From Podospora anserina (taxonomy: Eukaryota), in the NCBI GenBank assembly GCA_017654855.1, contig CM030338.1:4154001-4179325 (forward strand): 25,325 nt of DNA, read 5' to 3'. The notes below the pieces were generated by a model. That model was not told where the DNA came from, ran no database searches, and saw only the letters and a program-made list of their open reading frames with translations. Made by a program: the position numbers and the translations under genes. Of the stretch, positions 1-10,597 are shown piece by piece. Within the stretch, counting starts at the first letter, position 1, and every line of letters starts with the position of its first letter.

Positions 1-789
1 CGTAAGGGGCCTATAAGGGTACTAATTCGTTAAGAAATAACTAGTGGGGCGTAAATTCCTTAGTGGAAGTGGCTGTACGGTTAATAATATCTATAATAGA
101 GTTAATTACGTAGCACTAGAGGGTAAGTAGTAGGCTAGAGGCTACTATAGTAGCCCGTAGACGCTCTAAAATTACCCGAATAAAGCGCTCGGCTAGGCTG
201 TTTTAGTGGTGGGCGTATGGGCTAGACTTACTAAAGGTTATACCTTTTTTAGTGAGGTAGGGTAATAGCCTTCGAATTTCCTTACCCCCGTCGTAGTGGA
301 ATTATGCCGGGTACCGCTTATAAGTATTATATAGACTCTCTATAGCGGAGCGAGCCTCTATAGCGACTTCGTCCTTAGTTTTTAGGAGCCTAACAAGCCT
401 GTACCGGGTCTTACGGTCCACTAAAATAAGCCCGTAAGGCCTGCTGTTTAGTGGGGTGGGTCGAATTATAAATATATCCCTTTCTATTCGATTTAGCGTA
501 TATAGTGGGTCCGTTATAGGCCTTTTAGAGGGTTTACGCAGTAATTTAGCTGCGTCATAGCTTTTATAGGTTAGATCTGTAGGCTATACCTTCTGTAAAT
601 TGGGTATGCCCTTAGTAATTAGGGTAGTTTTCTTTAGAAGGTTTAGGCCTATATAACCTAATCGAACGTGCTAGAGTTTTGCAGCCTGAATTAACGCTTG
701 GTTACGTTAGTAGGGCGAATGCTCTGTACGGCGAGGGGTAGGCGCCGTAGTGGTAGTTGGTTTAGGCGCTGTGATAGGCGCTGTGGTAG
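1..789 (-). mobile_element. RIP-degraded Ty1/Copia retrotransposon, GAG-pre-integrase and integrase core (continues beyond window start)
   Basis: Minus-strand translation gives KL*HVRLGYIG (~645-680; the LWHxRLGH GAG-pre-integrase motif with RIP changes), then RIEGDIF, LILVDRKTRY, FHYDGGKE (~278-301) and SPYAHH*NSLAER, matching a Copia DDE core. Stops are TAG/TAA. Confidence 0.88.
786..789 (+). repeat. Left target-site duplication GTAG (partner 12652-12655)
   Basis: GTAG abuts both LTR ends. Removing the element plus one GTAG restores the 12-bp periodicity (gtaggcgctgtg) of the target repeat exactly, so the TSD is 4 bp. Confidence 0.88.
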
Positions 790-1152
790 TGGTTTGGGGT
801 GCGGCCACAGGCCTGAGAGTATGAGTAAGGAAGCGGGGCTCTCAGAGGACTCAGGGGTTCAGGGGTCATGTATATAAGCGGTCTGCTTCGGACATTCTAT
901 TTCAGACAGATCATCGACTTTTATTCTTTGCTTCGTATTTTGTGCCTTGCACGCGTGCAGGCAATTCTGGCCCTCTGATCAGGCCAATCCGGTGCTTATT
1001 ATGTGGCCTGCGAGCCCATAGTGTCTTTTCTTTGTCCTACGTGAAGTGCGGCCTGCGAGCGAGTCACTGTCACGCAGGTGTGTTCATTCTGAGACCTGTT
1101 GAGAGTATATTTGTGGTGTTGTGGTTGTTTTGTGTGTTTTCTCACCATTTCA
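790..1152 (+). repeat. 5' LTR (363 bp)
   Basis: TGGTTTGGGG...CCATTTCA. Direct repeat of 12289-12651 (offset 11499); no mismatch seen by eye. Confidence 0.97.
871..877 (+). promoter_or_regulatory. Candidate LTR TATA box (TATATAA); copy at 12370-12376
   Basis: TATATAAG in the 5' third of the LTR, followed by pyrimidine-rich sequence. Function is inferred from position only. Confidence 0.55.
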
Positions 1153-1154
1153 AA

Positions 1155-1171
1155 TGGAGGTCGTGCCCGGG
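1155..1171 (+). promoter_or_regulatory. Primer-binding site, probably tRNA-Gln
   Basis: TGGAGGTCGTGCCCGGG lies 2 nt after the 5' LTR. Its reverse complement CCCGGGCACGACCT-CCA resembles the 3' end of fungal tRNA-Gln (recalled, not searched). Confidence 0.8.
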
Positions 1172-3114
1172 TTGAGCAAAGCTCAGGGTCCAAACTGGAC
1201 TCACAAGCCCTGGGTACTGGAGGAAGTGCGAAGCCACGAACGACAACAAGCACCGACAACTTCACTGAACCCCGCGAGGTTCAACGGAAACGATTCTTCT
1301 CCGTCTGATCGGATAAAGCTCTTTCATCATCGACCAAACTCTAAACTTTCTGCCCGCGAGTGGAGAGTCAAGTGTGTGGTCCGGATGGGACCGGGAAGTG
1401 AACTAAGAGCATTGGTTGAGACTAGCTCGTTAGTGGACCTTATCTCCGCGTCAACTATCAAAGTCCTCTCCTATCTTTGGTTAGGAGGAATCCTCCTGGT
1501 GTGTTGTTTAGCGATGGTGGACAATCGTGGGGATTTCCGGGTCAGTTTGACTCAGGACATCGGGAACCCAAAAGCAAGGAGACGTGGACACTTTCCCTCT
1601 GATCTGGGTAGATGTAACTCATGCCCACATACTGGAGTTGCAAGGGACAACCGTCTTCATATTTCCAACAACATACACAAGGAAAAAGCCATACCACCAA
1701 CGCAAACGCAACAGCAATCATCGAGTATCGACATGTCCGACAATGTCCCACCCATCGCTTCGGCTAGCCTTCCCGGCGACAACCAGGGGTATCAAGCTCC
1801 TACGGCTCGTTCCGTGGTAGAAGTGGCCATTCCGGCGGCCAGGTCCCCGGAATCATCACCATTCGTCCTCTCCCCGGCTGCGAACCGCGCTCACCCTGAA
1901 GATGCTGAGACCCCTCGCCCCTTTCTGATCAAGGTGGCCCGACTGCAAGGCCCAACGCTCCTGACGTGCCAGGTGGACCTCGTACCCACCCAAATCCTGC
2001 TGCTTGGAATCATACTGCGCCTCCCACTCGGCATGCCGGATATCCCGCTCCTCTTCCTGGGTTCGCGCATCAATTCCAGCAACCCGGATACCCATATCCC
2101 ATAGGAGCTTACCCCGACTATCGCCACTTCCAGGGGTCCCCTACGTCTGATCATCCAACCCCCTATCCCATAGTGCCTATGTATTTTCCTCAGCGTGAAT
2201 TCCCTGATCCGAAGAAAGTCGGTTTTAAGAGCAACTTCAAAGGGAAGCACTTTACGGAATATCTGGAGCGTTTCGAGAATGCCTGTAAAGAGTACCATGT
2301 CGTGGAATTTACCTCTCGCGTTCGCAAGTTCAAATCCTAGTGTAACTTCGATATGGGAAAACAGATTAACGAATGTGTAGACCTACCTACACCCACCGAT
2401 ACTTGGCCTGTCCTAGTTGTCCGCCTTAAACGCCTCTTTAAGATCTATAACCCCCGACAAGACGAAGATATCCACAGGGAGTTAGATAACTTCTACGCCA
2501 AGGTTATCCCTGAAGGTGTGGGCGAGTTAAGGAAGGTTGTTTTTAACCACTCCAAACTACTCTCTCGAGTGCCGACCGGGGAGAAAGAGGCAGTAAGAGC
2601 CAGGGTTGCCAGCCGCTTTTGGATGAAATTCTCCGAGTCAATGAGGATGACCCTTATCAACCGAGGAGGATCCGAACGTCGTTTAAGATCCATGAATTTT
2701 ATTACCTGGAGCGATTGGATTAATGATGTGATCGAAGATGGGTATGACGTGGGAAGAAGAATCTACAAGGAGGACAAATCAACCATTGCACCCTCCCCTG
2801 CTGCCTCTGATCAGGCGGCCGAGGTGCTCGACCAGTATATGGCGGTTAACGCTATGGTAGATAGAGAGATGGCACTGCAGCATTTGAGGGCGAATATCTA
2901 CGGTGGTTTCTCTGCACTGGGAAACGGCAAATCTGGGATAATGAGGACCCGCGTTCAACACCTAGAAGACCAGGCACCTTACTCCCTGGATTTTGGCATT
3001 GGCCCTAATGGGGAAATGGATTCGTCTTTCAATACCTTCCCCATTGTTGATACTAAGACCCAGTTCGGAAGATCAGGGGGGCAGTACCGCGATAGCCCTC
3101 CCCCACCAAGAAGG

Positions 3115-3162
3115 TGCTTCTAGTGCGGCAAGACTGGCCATTACGCTAAGTCGACGGAGTGT
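3115..3162 (+). other. Gag zinc-knuckle-like motif C-x2-C-x4-H-x6-C
   Basis: CF*CGKTGHYAKSTEC. The H-C spacing is 6 rather than the canonical 4, and there is an internal TAG. Confidence 0.7.
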
Positions 3163-4359
3163 CCGAAGAAGGAGTATAATGAGGCGTGGGGACTGTGCCA
3201 TACTAAAGGAGGCAGAGTGTATATCGGTAAGAAGGAGTGGCCGGAGAGTGAAAAAGCGTGGCTTGATCAAGAGGATGTAAGGAAGGCGCAGCGTGAAGGG
3301 AAGGTTAGCGACCTGGTTCGTGCTGCAATTTCGTTGAAACCAGAACTGAATAGGGCCTATGAAGCTTACACGAAATGGGCTAAGCACTAGGAAGCTCGTG
3401 AGGGCAAGGGATACAGGCCCGAGGTCTCTCTGATCAGAGGGAGGGAGCAGACAGCTACTCAGATGGCCAGGGCTATGGATGTCAGGTTAAACAGGCTTCA
3501 TAGGTACTCCAAACCCTACGTACCGTTTAACGAGAACTCAGCCAGTGACTACATTACTAGGAATGCCTTGCAACGCTGCTCAGCAGAGAAGTGGTCGCCT
3601 AGGAGCATTCTGAAGCGCTCTGATGATGCCCCAGTGGTCGTCTGCAACCAAGAGGTGGAAGTGGGGGTAGGCGCGCAAGGAGCGAAGAGAGTAAGGATCG
3701 AGGATCTGCCGAAAGAGGATATGGATGACCCAGCCTCAGCCGAAAATCCGAAAGTGGTACTCACCCCCGCGCAAGAGAAGCCAAAGGTAGTTGAGGAGGG
3801 AGTCTCGTCCGATCAGGGGGATGGAGTCCGGAGTGGCTCAAGGTTGCCTGATGGTAAGGCAAAGGACTCTGGGGATTACATTGCCGAGAAAGCCAAAAAG
3901 TACGCCTATGGTCAGACTAAGTTCACACTGGAAGAGCATTGTAGGGTTTCACCCACATTTACTTACCGGTTAATGGATTACGTGAAGAGTATGGCCGAGG
4001 ATGCTAAGGTGATCGAGTGGCGTAGATCTTCCAAAAGTACCCCGGATGGAAAGAGAGAAGTCCCACAGAAGGGGGAGGCCTTGCCGTCAACGGTTCGGAC
4101 GAATTTTCAGACGGCTGGACACAGCAAGACTCCTCCGTCTGATCAGAGGAAGACTGTCCCTGCTTTGTACGGGATCACGGCGGATAGTGAGTATGGTGTG
4201 GTCGAGGGAGGCATCTGGGAGAAGATCATCGAAGGCAAGGTCCAACCGGGTGACAGCCCAGAAGAGCGATTGCGGACTCTGCTGTCTACGCCCATTGGCC
4301 GGCTTTCCGGTAGTGAGCGAACTCTCCTGGGAGCCGTCACTCGAACCCACAACGTCCCA

Positions 4360-4740
4360 TCGCTATATTGTAACTTCGTCTCACCAACTTCAAAGAAGGT
4401 GCTGGCAATGTTAGACACAGGCTCGGAGTGCAACCTAATCAGTAGGGCTATAGCTAAGAGGTTCTGTCTACCGATGGTGTCGACGAACCTACAGTCTAAA
4501 GGCCTTCATAGAGATCCGGTTACGTTTATAGGTGAGACTCAGGCTCCAGTAGTGCTGGCTGGGGTTCCAATTTTGTGTCATTTCTTCGTTATTGATAACA
4601 CTGAGGCTCTGGGTTTCCATAACCTGCTATTGGGCATCCCGTTCTTCACGGATACGAGCCTCACCCTTGATTTTATGAAGGGCTGTATGATTAGCGCGAA
4701 TATGTTGTATGGGGGAAAGCTAATTAAGGCCCACGTAGTA
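4360..4740 (+). other. Aspartic protease domain
   Basis: AMLDTGSECNLIS (Asp codon at 4414) and the downstream LLLGIPF motif in ORF 3463..4815. Confidence 0.92.
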
Positions 4741-5834
4741 AAAAAGGAGGTGATTAATAAGATGAAGGCGGAATATAACGGCAGGGATCGAGGTAATGCC
4801 TCTCCTGCCAGCTAACCCTTACAGGTGTTTAAGGGATTGGTTAATAAAGGAGTACCTGTCCCTAAGTGGGTAACGGAGGAGCTAGAGGAAGGGGATGAAG
4901 TGATTGGGGGACTGAATAAAGGAGCTGGGCGTTCTTTGCTTAATTTTATTTTGGGGGAGTCAAGTTTGCCGTTATTAAATCATTGCCTAGCGTCTGATAT
5001 TATTTCTTATAAAAACAAAGAAAAGGGGGATGTTAGGAGCAAGGGAGGAAAGAATATTAGTGATCAGAGGGAAAGAGAGAAGGGAGGTATAAGGGACTGC
5101 CAGAAAGAGAAGTCTTTGTTTCAGCCTGGAAGAGTGGAAATTACGATAAGAACTCTAACTTCGGACGAAATCTCAGGGAAAGAACGACCGCCACCACCGA
5201 CCTTCATAACAGGTCTGCATTTAGTACCGTCGCCACCACTACCAAAGACATCGCCGCCGTCTGATCAGAGGACTAGCAGGATAACCCCATTTAAGCCCGA
5301 TATGGCATCCTTATACTTGGGGATATTTAACTGGTCCCTCACTCAACCAGGTCAGCGCAGCCTCTTCACTACACAACCACATAGACGTCATCCACCTCCG
5401 CCCCCTTCTGAGAAGAAAAACAACATGAAGACCAGCCTGATCACCACTTTTAAACAGGCCTGGCCAACGCCTGCGGATATTGTTACTACTGCTACGATAT
5501 ACAAGAGGGTAGATAAGAAGGTGAAGCCGGTTGACAATGCTGGGTCAGATGGTAGCACTCCTGAAGGAGATCCGAACTGGAAAGTAAGGAGATGGGCGGC
5601 AGTCAAGGAATCCCTACAATACGGCTCAGAATTCGACGATATTGTGGTCCCTAAGTTTTCTGAAATGATCAGAGGGTCACGCCTCACTCCAGAACGCTTA
5701 GCCGATCTGATCAGACAAACCACCGACATTTTGACAAATCAGGAGGTTAAAGTGTTTACGGCAATCTTATTCGCAAGGGAGGCTGCACTGGCATGGGACT
5801 TCACCGAGTGTGGACAGATCCTTGAAGAAGTCTT

Positions 5835-6720
5835 CCTGCTCAACACATCAGGACTATCCCTCACAAAGCGTGGCAAAGCAAGTCTATTCCGATCCCGAAG
5901 CCACTCGTGGGGAAAGTCATCGATCTCCTTAGGGAACGAATCAAGAGAAATATTATTGAGGAAGCGCATGGTCCCTACCGCAACAACTGGTTCCTAGTAA
6001 AGAAAAAGGATGGTGGCCTCCGTCTGATCAACGATGCCCAGAGATACAATAAGGTTACGCAACGAGATGCCTTTATCCCACCAAGCACTGAGGAGTTCAG
6101 CGAGGACTTTGCAGGGTGCCTTATTACCTCCTTGCTTGACTTCTTCTCCGGATACGACCAAGTCAAATTAGCCCTGACGAGCCGAGACCTCACTACCTTC
6201 GCGACACCTATCGGCCTATTCAGGATGTGTACCCTACCTCAAGGAGCTACCAACTCAGTGGCCCAGTTCCAAGAGCCGTGACCAGAGTCTTTCAAGATCT
6301 TATCCCACAGGTGTGTCGGCCATACCTGGACGATATCGCAGTGAAAGGGCCAAGGTGGGACTACAATGGTGAAGAAGAAAGGCCAGGAGTTAGGAAGTGG
6401 GTCCTGGAGCACTTGAAGAATATCGACGCAGTCTTGCTTAACTGTGAGCTTGTAGGAGCCACAATTGCAGCCGTGAAATCCCTTTGGTGCAGACGGGAAG
6501 CTGTTATCCTTGGCTATTCCTGTACACCGGACGGGCGCCTCCCTGATCAGACAAAGATAGTGAAGATAAGGGAATGGCGAACTTGCCACAGTCTTAAGGA
6601 TGTTCGCGCCTTCCTGGGGATCACCGGCTACTATCGGCTATGGGTACCTCTCTTCAATCTGATCGCAGTTCCGCTATATTTCTTGATGAGGAAGGATACG
6701 AGATGGGAATAGACGGAAGC
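5835..6720 (+). other. Reverse transcriptase domain
   Basis: WFLVKKKDGGLRLINDAQRYN, LDFFSGYDQV, LPQGATNS, PYLDDI (6323-6334) and VRAFLGITGYYR. Confidence 0.96.
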
Positions 6721-6733
6721 TCAATAGGGTGCG

Positions 6734-7195
6734 ATGGAGTGGCTTGCCTTTCTAATCACAGAGGCACCGTGTCTGGCTTCTCTGACGTTTGATGACGACC
6801 GTTTCGGTAGAATCTTTGTTATTTTTGATGCAAGCTTGACGGGGTGGGGAGCGGTGATAGAACAAGTAGGACCTGATGGAAAACGGTACCCTTGTCGGTT
6901 TGAGAGTGGTATTTGGAGCCCGGCTGAACAGAGGTATGATGCCACCAAGAGGGAGTTGAGAGGACTGTTGTATACTTTGAGGAGATTTAGAAGGTATCTT
7001 TTCGGGGTACACTTTACGGTGGAAACGGACGCTCAAGTGGTAGTCCACCAAGTCCAGGGGGCGGCTAGTGACGTTCCCGGCGCCTTGATGATGAGATGGC
7101 TGGGATGGATTAGACTTTTCGACTTCATAATTGTTTATATCCCTGGGAGTAAGAACCTTGTGGCAGACGCACTATCGAGAAAGCCACCTGGCCCC
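6734..7195 (+). other. RNase H domain
   Basis: IFDASLTGWGAV, RYDATKRELRG, FTVETD and NLVADALSR. Confidence 0.95.
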
Positions 7196-7529
7196 TCTGA
7201 TCTGAGGGAGAAGGAGTTAGAGCCAGACATTGATGATGAGGTTGACGCAAGGATCTGGAAGAACGATATCCAGGAAGTAAGTGTCTGGCGGGTGAATATC
7301 AGGAAGAAGAAAAAGGAAGTTATTGGGTAAGGCCCTTACTTGAATGGACTGTGGTCTCCTCACTCCTATGCTATCGCCGAGTTCCTCGCGACTGGTGCGG
7401 AGCTAAGGGCTAAGACGAGGTTTGACGTTCAGACCATTAAGAACGACGCCCTGAAAATGATTCTCGAAGACGGAGTTTTGTTTCTTAAGCCAAACAAAGG
7501 AGGCTTTCCCCCCAGGAGAATTGTTGACC

Positions 7530-8670
7530 CTCTGATCGAGCGGGAAAGAGTCTTCAATGCGTGTCATAACGAGATGGGCTATAAAGGACGGGAAGCTACC
7601 TATGCCCGAGTAGTAGAAAACTACTACTGGAAGGGTATGTACGCTGACGTCGAGGCTTGGATCAAGACATGTAGGCAATGTCAATAATGGAGCCCGAAGC
7701 GTTGGGAGGACTGGCACTTATATACTGAGCCTTTAGCTACCCCATTTGCGAAGTGGTATTTAGACGTTCAGTTCTTACCAACGGCTTCGGGAGAAAAAGC
7801 CTACCTTCTGGAAGCGAGGGATGACTTGACTGGGTATCCAGAAGCGAAGGTCTTGAGCTCAGGCAAGGCTTCTGGGGTTGAGAACTTTATCCTGCACGAT
7901 ATCATCCTCAGATGGGGTCACCCTCTGATCGTGGTGGTGGACGGCGGATCAGAATTTAGGAAGGAAGCTGCTGAGATTTTAGAGAGGCTAGGAGTTCTTC
8001 GGGTGGTAGTCTCACCTTACAACGCAAGAGCAAATAGAGTAACGGAGTCTAGTCACATCCCAATTGCATCGATGCTGGCAAAAATAACGGATGGGACGGG
8101 GAAGAAGTGGAAGCAGTGGCTCCCTTATGTGTTGTTTGCTGATAGGACCACGACACGAGGTATTCATGGGTACAGTGCTTTCTATCTGGCACATGGGTTT
8201 AACCCCATTACGCCGATCGAAAAGGACGTACCGTCATGGAGAGTCGTCCAGTGGGAAAAGATTGGCTTCGACAGATCAGGGAGACACTGGAAGGAGAGAG
8301 CGACTATGGATTTAATAGAGGCAAGGGCGAGACTATTGAAATCCCAGGAGATGAATCTGACTCTGGTGGCTGAGAGGGTTGGCATGGCAAGACAGAAAGC
8401 CGCGGCAAGAAAGAACAGAAAAGGGATTCGCAGCATTAGGCCTGAGAATAGCATGATCAGAAGGGGGGACTTGGTGTTGGTGTATAAAATGGATAGAAAG
8501 TTGGATATGAGTGTGGTAAGGAAGCTACAGTACCGCTGGGACGGCCCTTTCAGAGTGAGGAAGGTCGAACCAGGCAACACTTGCTACTTCCTGGAGACAC
8601 TGGATGGGGTGCCATTGCGAGCTTCTTACACGCCAAACAGGGTAAAGAAGTTTTTTAGGTTGGAAGACGT
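7530..8670 (+). other. Integrase (HHCC, DDE, GPF); no chromodomain evident
   Basis: CHNEMGYKG...CRQC (second His is Tyr, consistent with CAT->TAT), WYLDV, VVDGGSEF, RVTESSH and WDGPFRV. The C-terminal tail is charged and low-complexity. Confidence 0.93.
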
Positions 8671-9081
8671 GTATGTAGATGAAGAGGATACGGACATGCA
8701 GCCAGGACTAGAGAGAGTTGAGCAGGTACCTGGGAATAGAGTGAAGGAAGGCGTGGATATAGTGGAAGATGAGGATAAAAAAGAAAAGATAGTGGAAGAA
8801 ACACCAGGGAGAATGATGACCAGGGGGAAGACTTGGATGGAACGGAAGAATGCTGAGGTGCAGAAGAGATTTGAGAAGGGCAAAAGTATAGAGGTGGTCC
8901 TGAAGAAGGGTAGACCAGAGGACTTCTTGGGTGATCAGGGGGAGACGATGACGAAGGCGTTGTAGTTGTTGTTTTTCTTTAAGAGGGTACTGAAGCTTGT
9001 GTTGTGAGAACAGAGCTGTGGGAGCTGTCTGTTCTCAAAGGGAGGAAAGACACTAAGGGAGGTGATTGATTAGGGTGAAGA

Positions 9082-10257
9082 TCATCGCATTGAATTTTTA
9101 ATTTTTTCTTTTTCTTTTCCTGTCATTTCTTTTTCCGATTCACTCCTCTCTTTATGCCCCTTCCTCTGATCTGAGGAAGTGGAAGACTATTCTTTTTCTT
9201 TCTTCTTCTCCTTCTTCTTATCCATCTGCTGTTTCCTAAGCTCTTTGTACTCAGCCCGCTGTTCTTCCTACTCCTGGTCCCAATCGACTTCCTCACCACC
9301 AGGAATCAAGCTCACGGCACCACGATCCAACTTCGATAACCCACCACTACCAAGATCCTTGAAGTAAGGGCTGTCCTCATCAACACTGGACTATGAGCAA
9401 TGGATACCCTTATGCCAGCAGTTCCCGCATTTCCAATCGAGGTCCTCTCTTCCCACACAACCGAAGTATGGCCACATCACCTTAGTTTTGGTCCCATCGG
9501 GAACGTCACGAAAGACCGGCGATAGCTCTGATCGCACTCATCACATGGATTGGCATGACTGAATCCAACATGTTAGTGTCAGGCTAAGTCTGATCAGGGG
9601 GGCGGCACTTACAGTAACCCGGTGGCCTGGACAAATAAGCCTTTAGAGCGATGAGCCCGCTTGACGATTTCGAAGAGCCAGCGCCCGAAGAACTACCCAT
9701 TGGACCGTTCGACGAAAATCCGCCTAACGGAACCGGTCGACAACGCCTTGGAGATGTAATCAGTGACAGTCTTGTCCGCACCAATGTCCTTGAAAAGTAG
9801 CTGCCACTCTTTCTTACCCCCCTTCTTCGTCGGATCAGGGAGGAACCACTCAAGGTAGAGGGGAGCAGCCACGTGTTTGGGATCTAGAGGGGAAATCTTG
9901 AGGTACCAAAGAGCAGCCTGATGGGGGAGAGAAATGTCGTGATAAGCATTAGCACCTTTGGGCATGGTGGAGTCGTGAACGCAAGTAGGACGCCGAACCC
10001 AGACGTGCCTCTTGTAAGCAACGCCTTGATTGTTGGGAGCACGGGTGAGGTCGGTGGGACGATGAGTGAGGGTAGCAAGCAAAGGCTCTTGAGTAGGGTC
10101 TATGGCGACCTCGGACCAGTCGTACGCAGCAAGGTCAAGGACTCCCTCGACCTGACTGGGAAGTTTTTTTGGCGAAAGAGGTCGTGGATACCTGGGTAGT
10201 AAGGTCGTCGACCGCCTGATCGGACGAAGCAGCAGGTTTCCTCAAAGAAGAGGCCAT
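9082..10257 (-). pseudogene. Antisense accessory gene, Cys-rich DUF3716-like putative Zn-binding protein with one intron
   Basis: ATG at 10257 (MASSLRKPAASSDQ), frameshift near 10200, ORF 10082-9693 and a TAG. After splicing: KGLFVQATGLL/HANPCDECDQSYRRS, frameshift near 9512, then KVMWPYFGCVGREDLDWKCGNCWHKGIHCS and a K/E-rich tail. The true stop is uncertain (9187 or 9082). The family call is from motif memory. Confidence 0.72.
9559..9612 (-). other. Spliceosomal intron (54 nt)
   Basis: GTAAGT donor (9612-9607), ACTAAC branch (9577-9572) and CAG acceptor (9561-9559). It holds four in-frame stops, and removing it joins the flanking coding sequence in frame. Confidence 0.85.
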
Positions 10258-10325
10258 TGGGAGGAAGCGGTTAATAAGTACTGAAAAGATGAGGAGTGAG
10301 CGGGAATGAGGAGAACTGGCATGGG

Positions 10326-10333
10326 TATTTATA
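10326..10333 (-). promoter_or_regulatory. Candidate TATA box (TTATAAATA on minus strand) in the divergent intergenic region
   Basis: About 70 nt upstream of the antisense ATG at 10257, followed on the minus strand by a CT-rich leader. Confidence 0.45.
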
Positions 10334-10597
10334 ACCAGAGGATAGGACGGTGCGACTGGTCCTACAGACCTCTACAGGAGGGAGACTCATCAGAGCGCTC
10401 TTTCCTCCTCAAACGGCTTACGCAACTATCTGATGATCTTGCCTTACAAGCCAGGCAAACAACAGAGAACAAAGACTCACCGAAGACCTTCTTCCCTCTT
10501 TAACTCTCCATTCCAAAAAAATTCCTCACTTCCCTCTCGACAACCCTCTGATCACAGATCACGCCACACACTACTCCCTCTCAATTCTCACAGAACG

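Larger units (their letters stand above)
1733..8965 (+). pseudogene. gag-pol polyprotein (~2400 codons), disrupted
   Basis: Likely start ATG at 1733 (MSDNVPP). 1-nt frameshifts near 1920, 5835 and 6270. In-frame TAG/TAA at 2338, 3121, 3388, 4813, 6710, 6725, 7328 and 7685. Gag, PR and the pre-RT region share one frame from ~1921 to ~5835. Confidence 0.92.

Noticed and set aside
942-1308. Short ORFs in or overlapping the LTRs (also 12441-12825)
   Set aside because: These are chance frames in LTR and 12-bp repeat sequence with no recognisable domain.
1121-1732. N-terminal part of the 327-aa ORF as a real protein
   Set aside because: It starts inside the LTR and crosses the PBS. Gag more plausibly begins at ATG 1733.
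1910-1930. Programmed -1 frameshift in gag
   Set aside because: C CCC TTT is not a canonical X XXY YYZ site in this frame, the position is too early in gag, and similar 1-nt losses occur elsewhere in the element.
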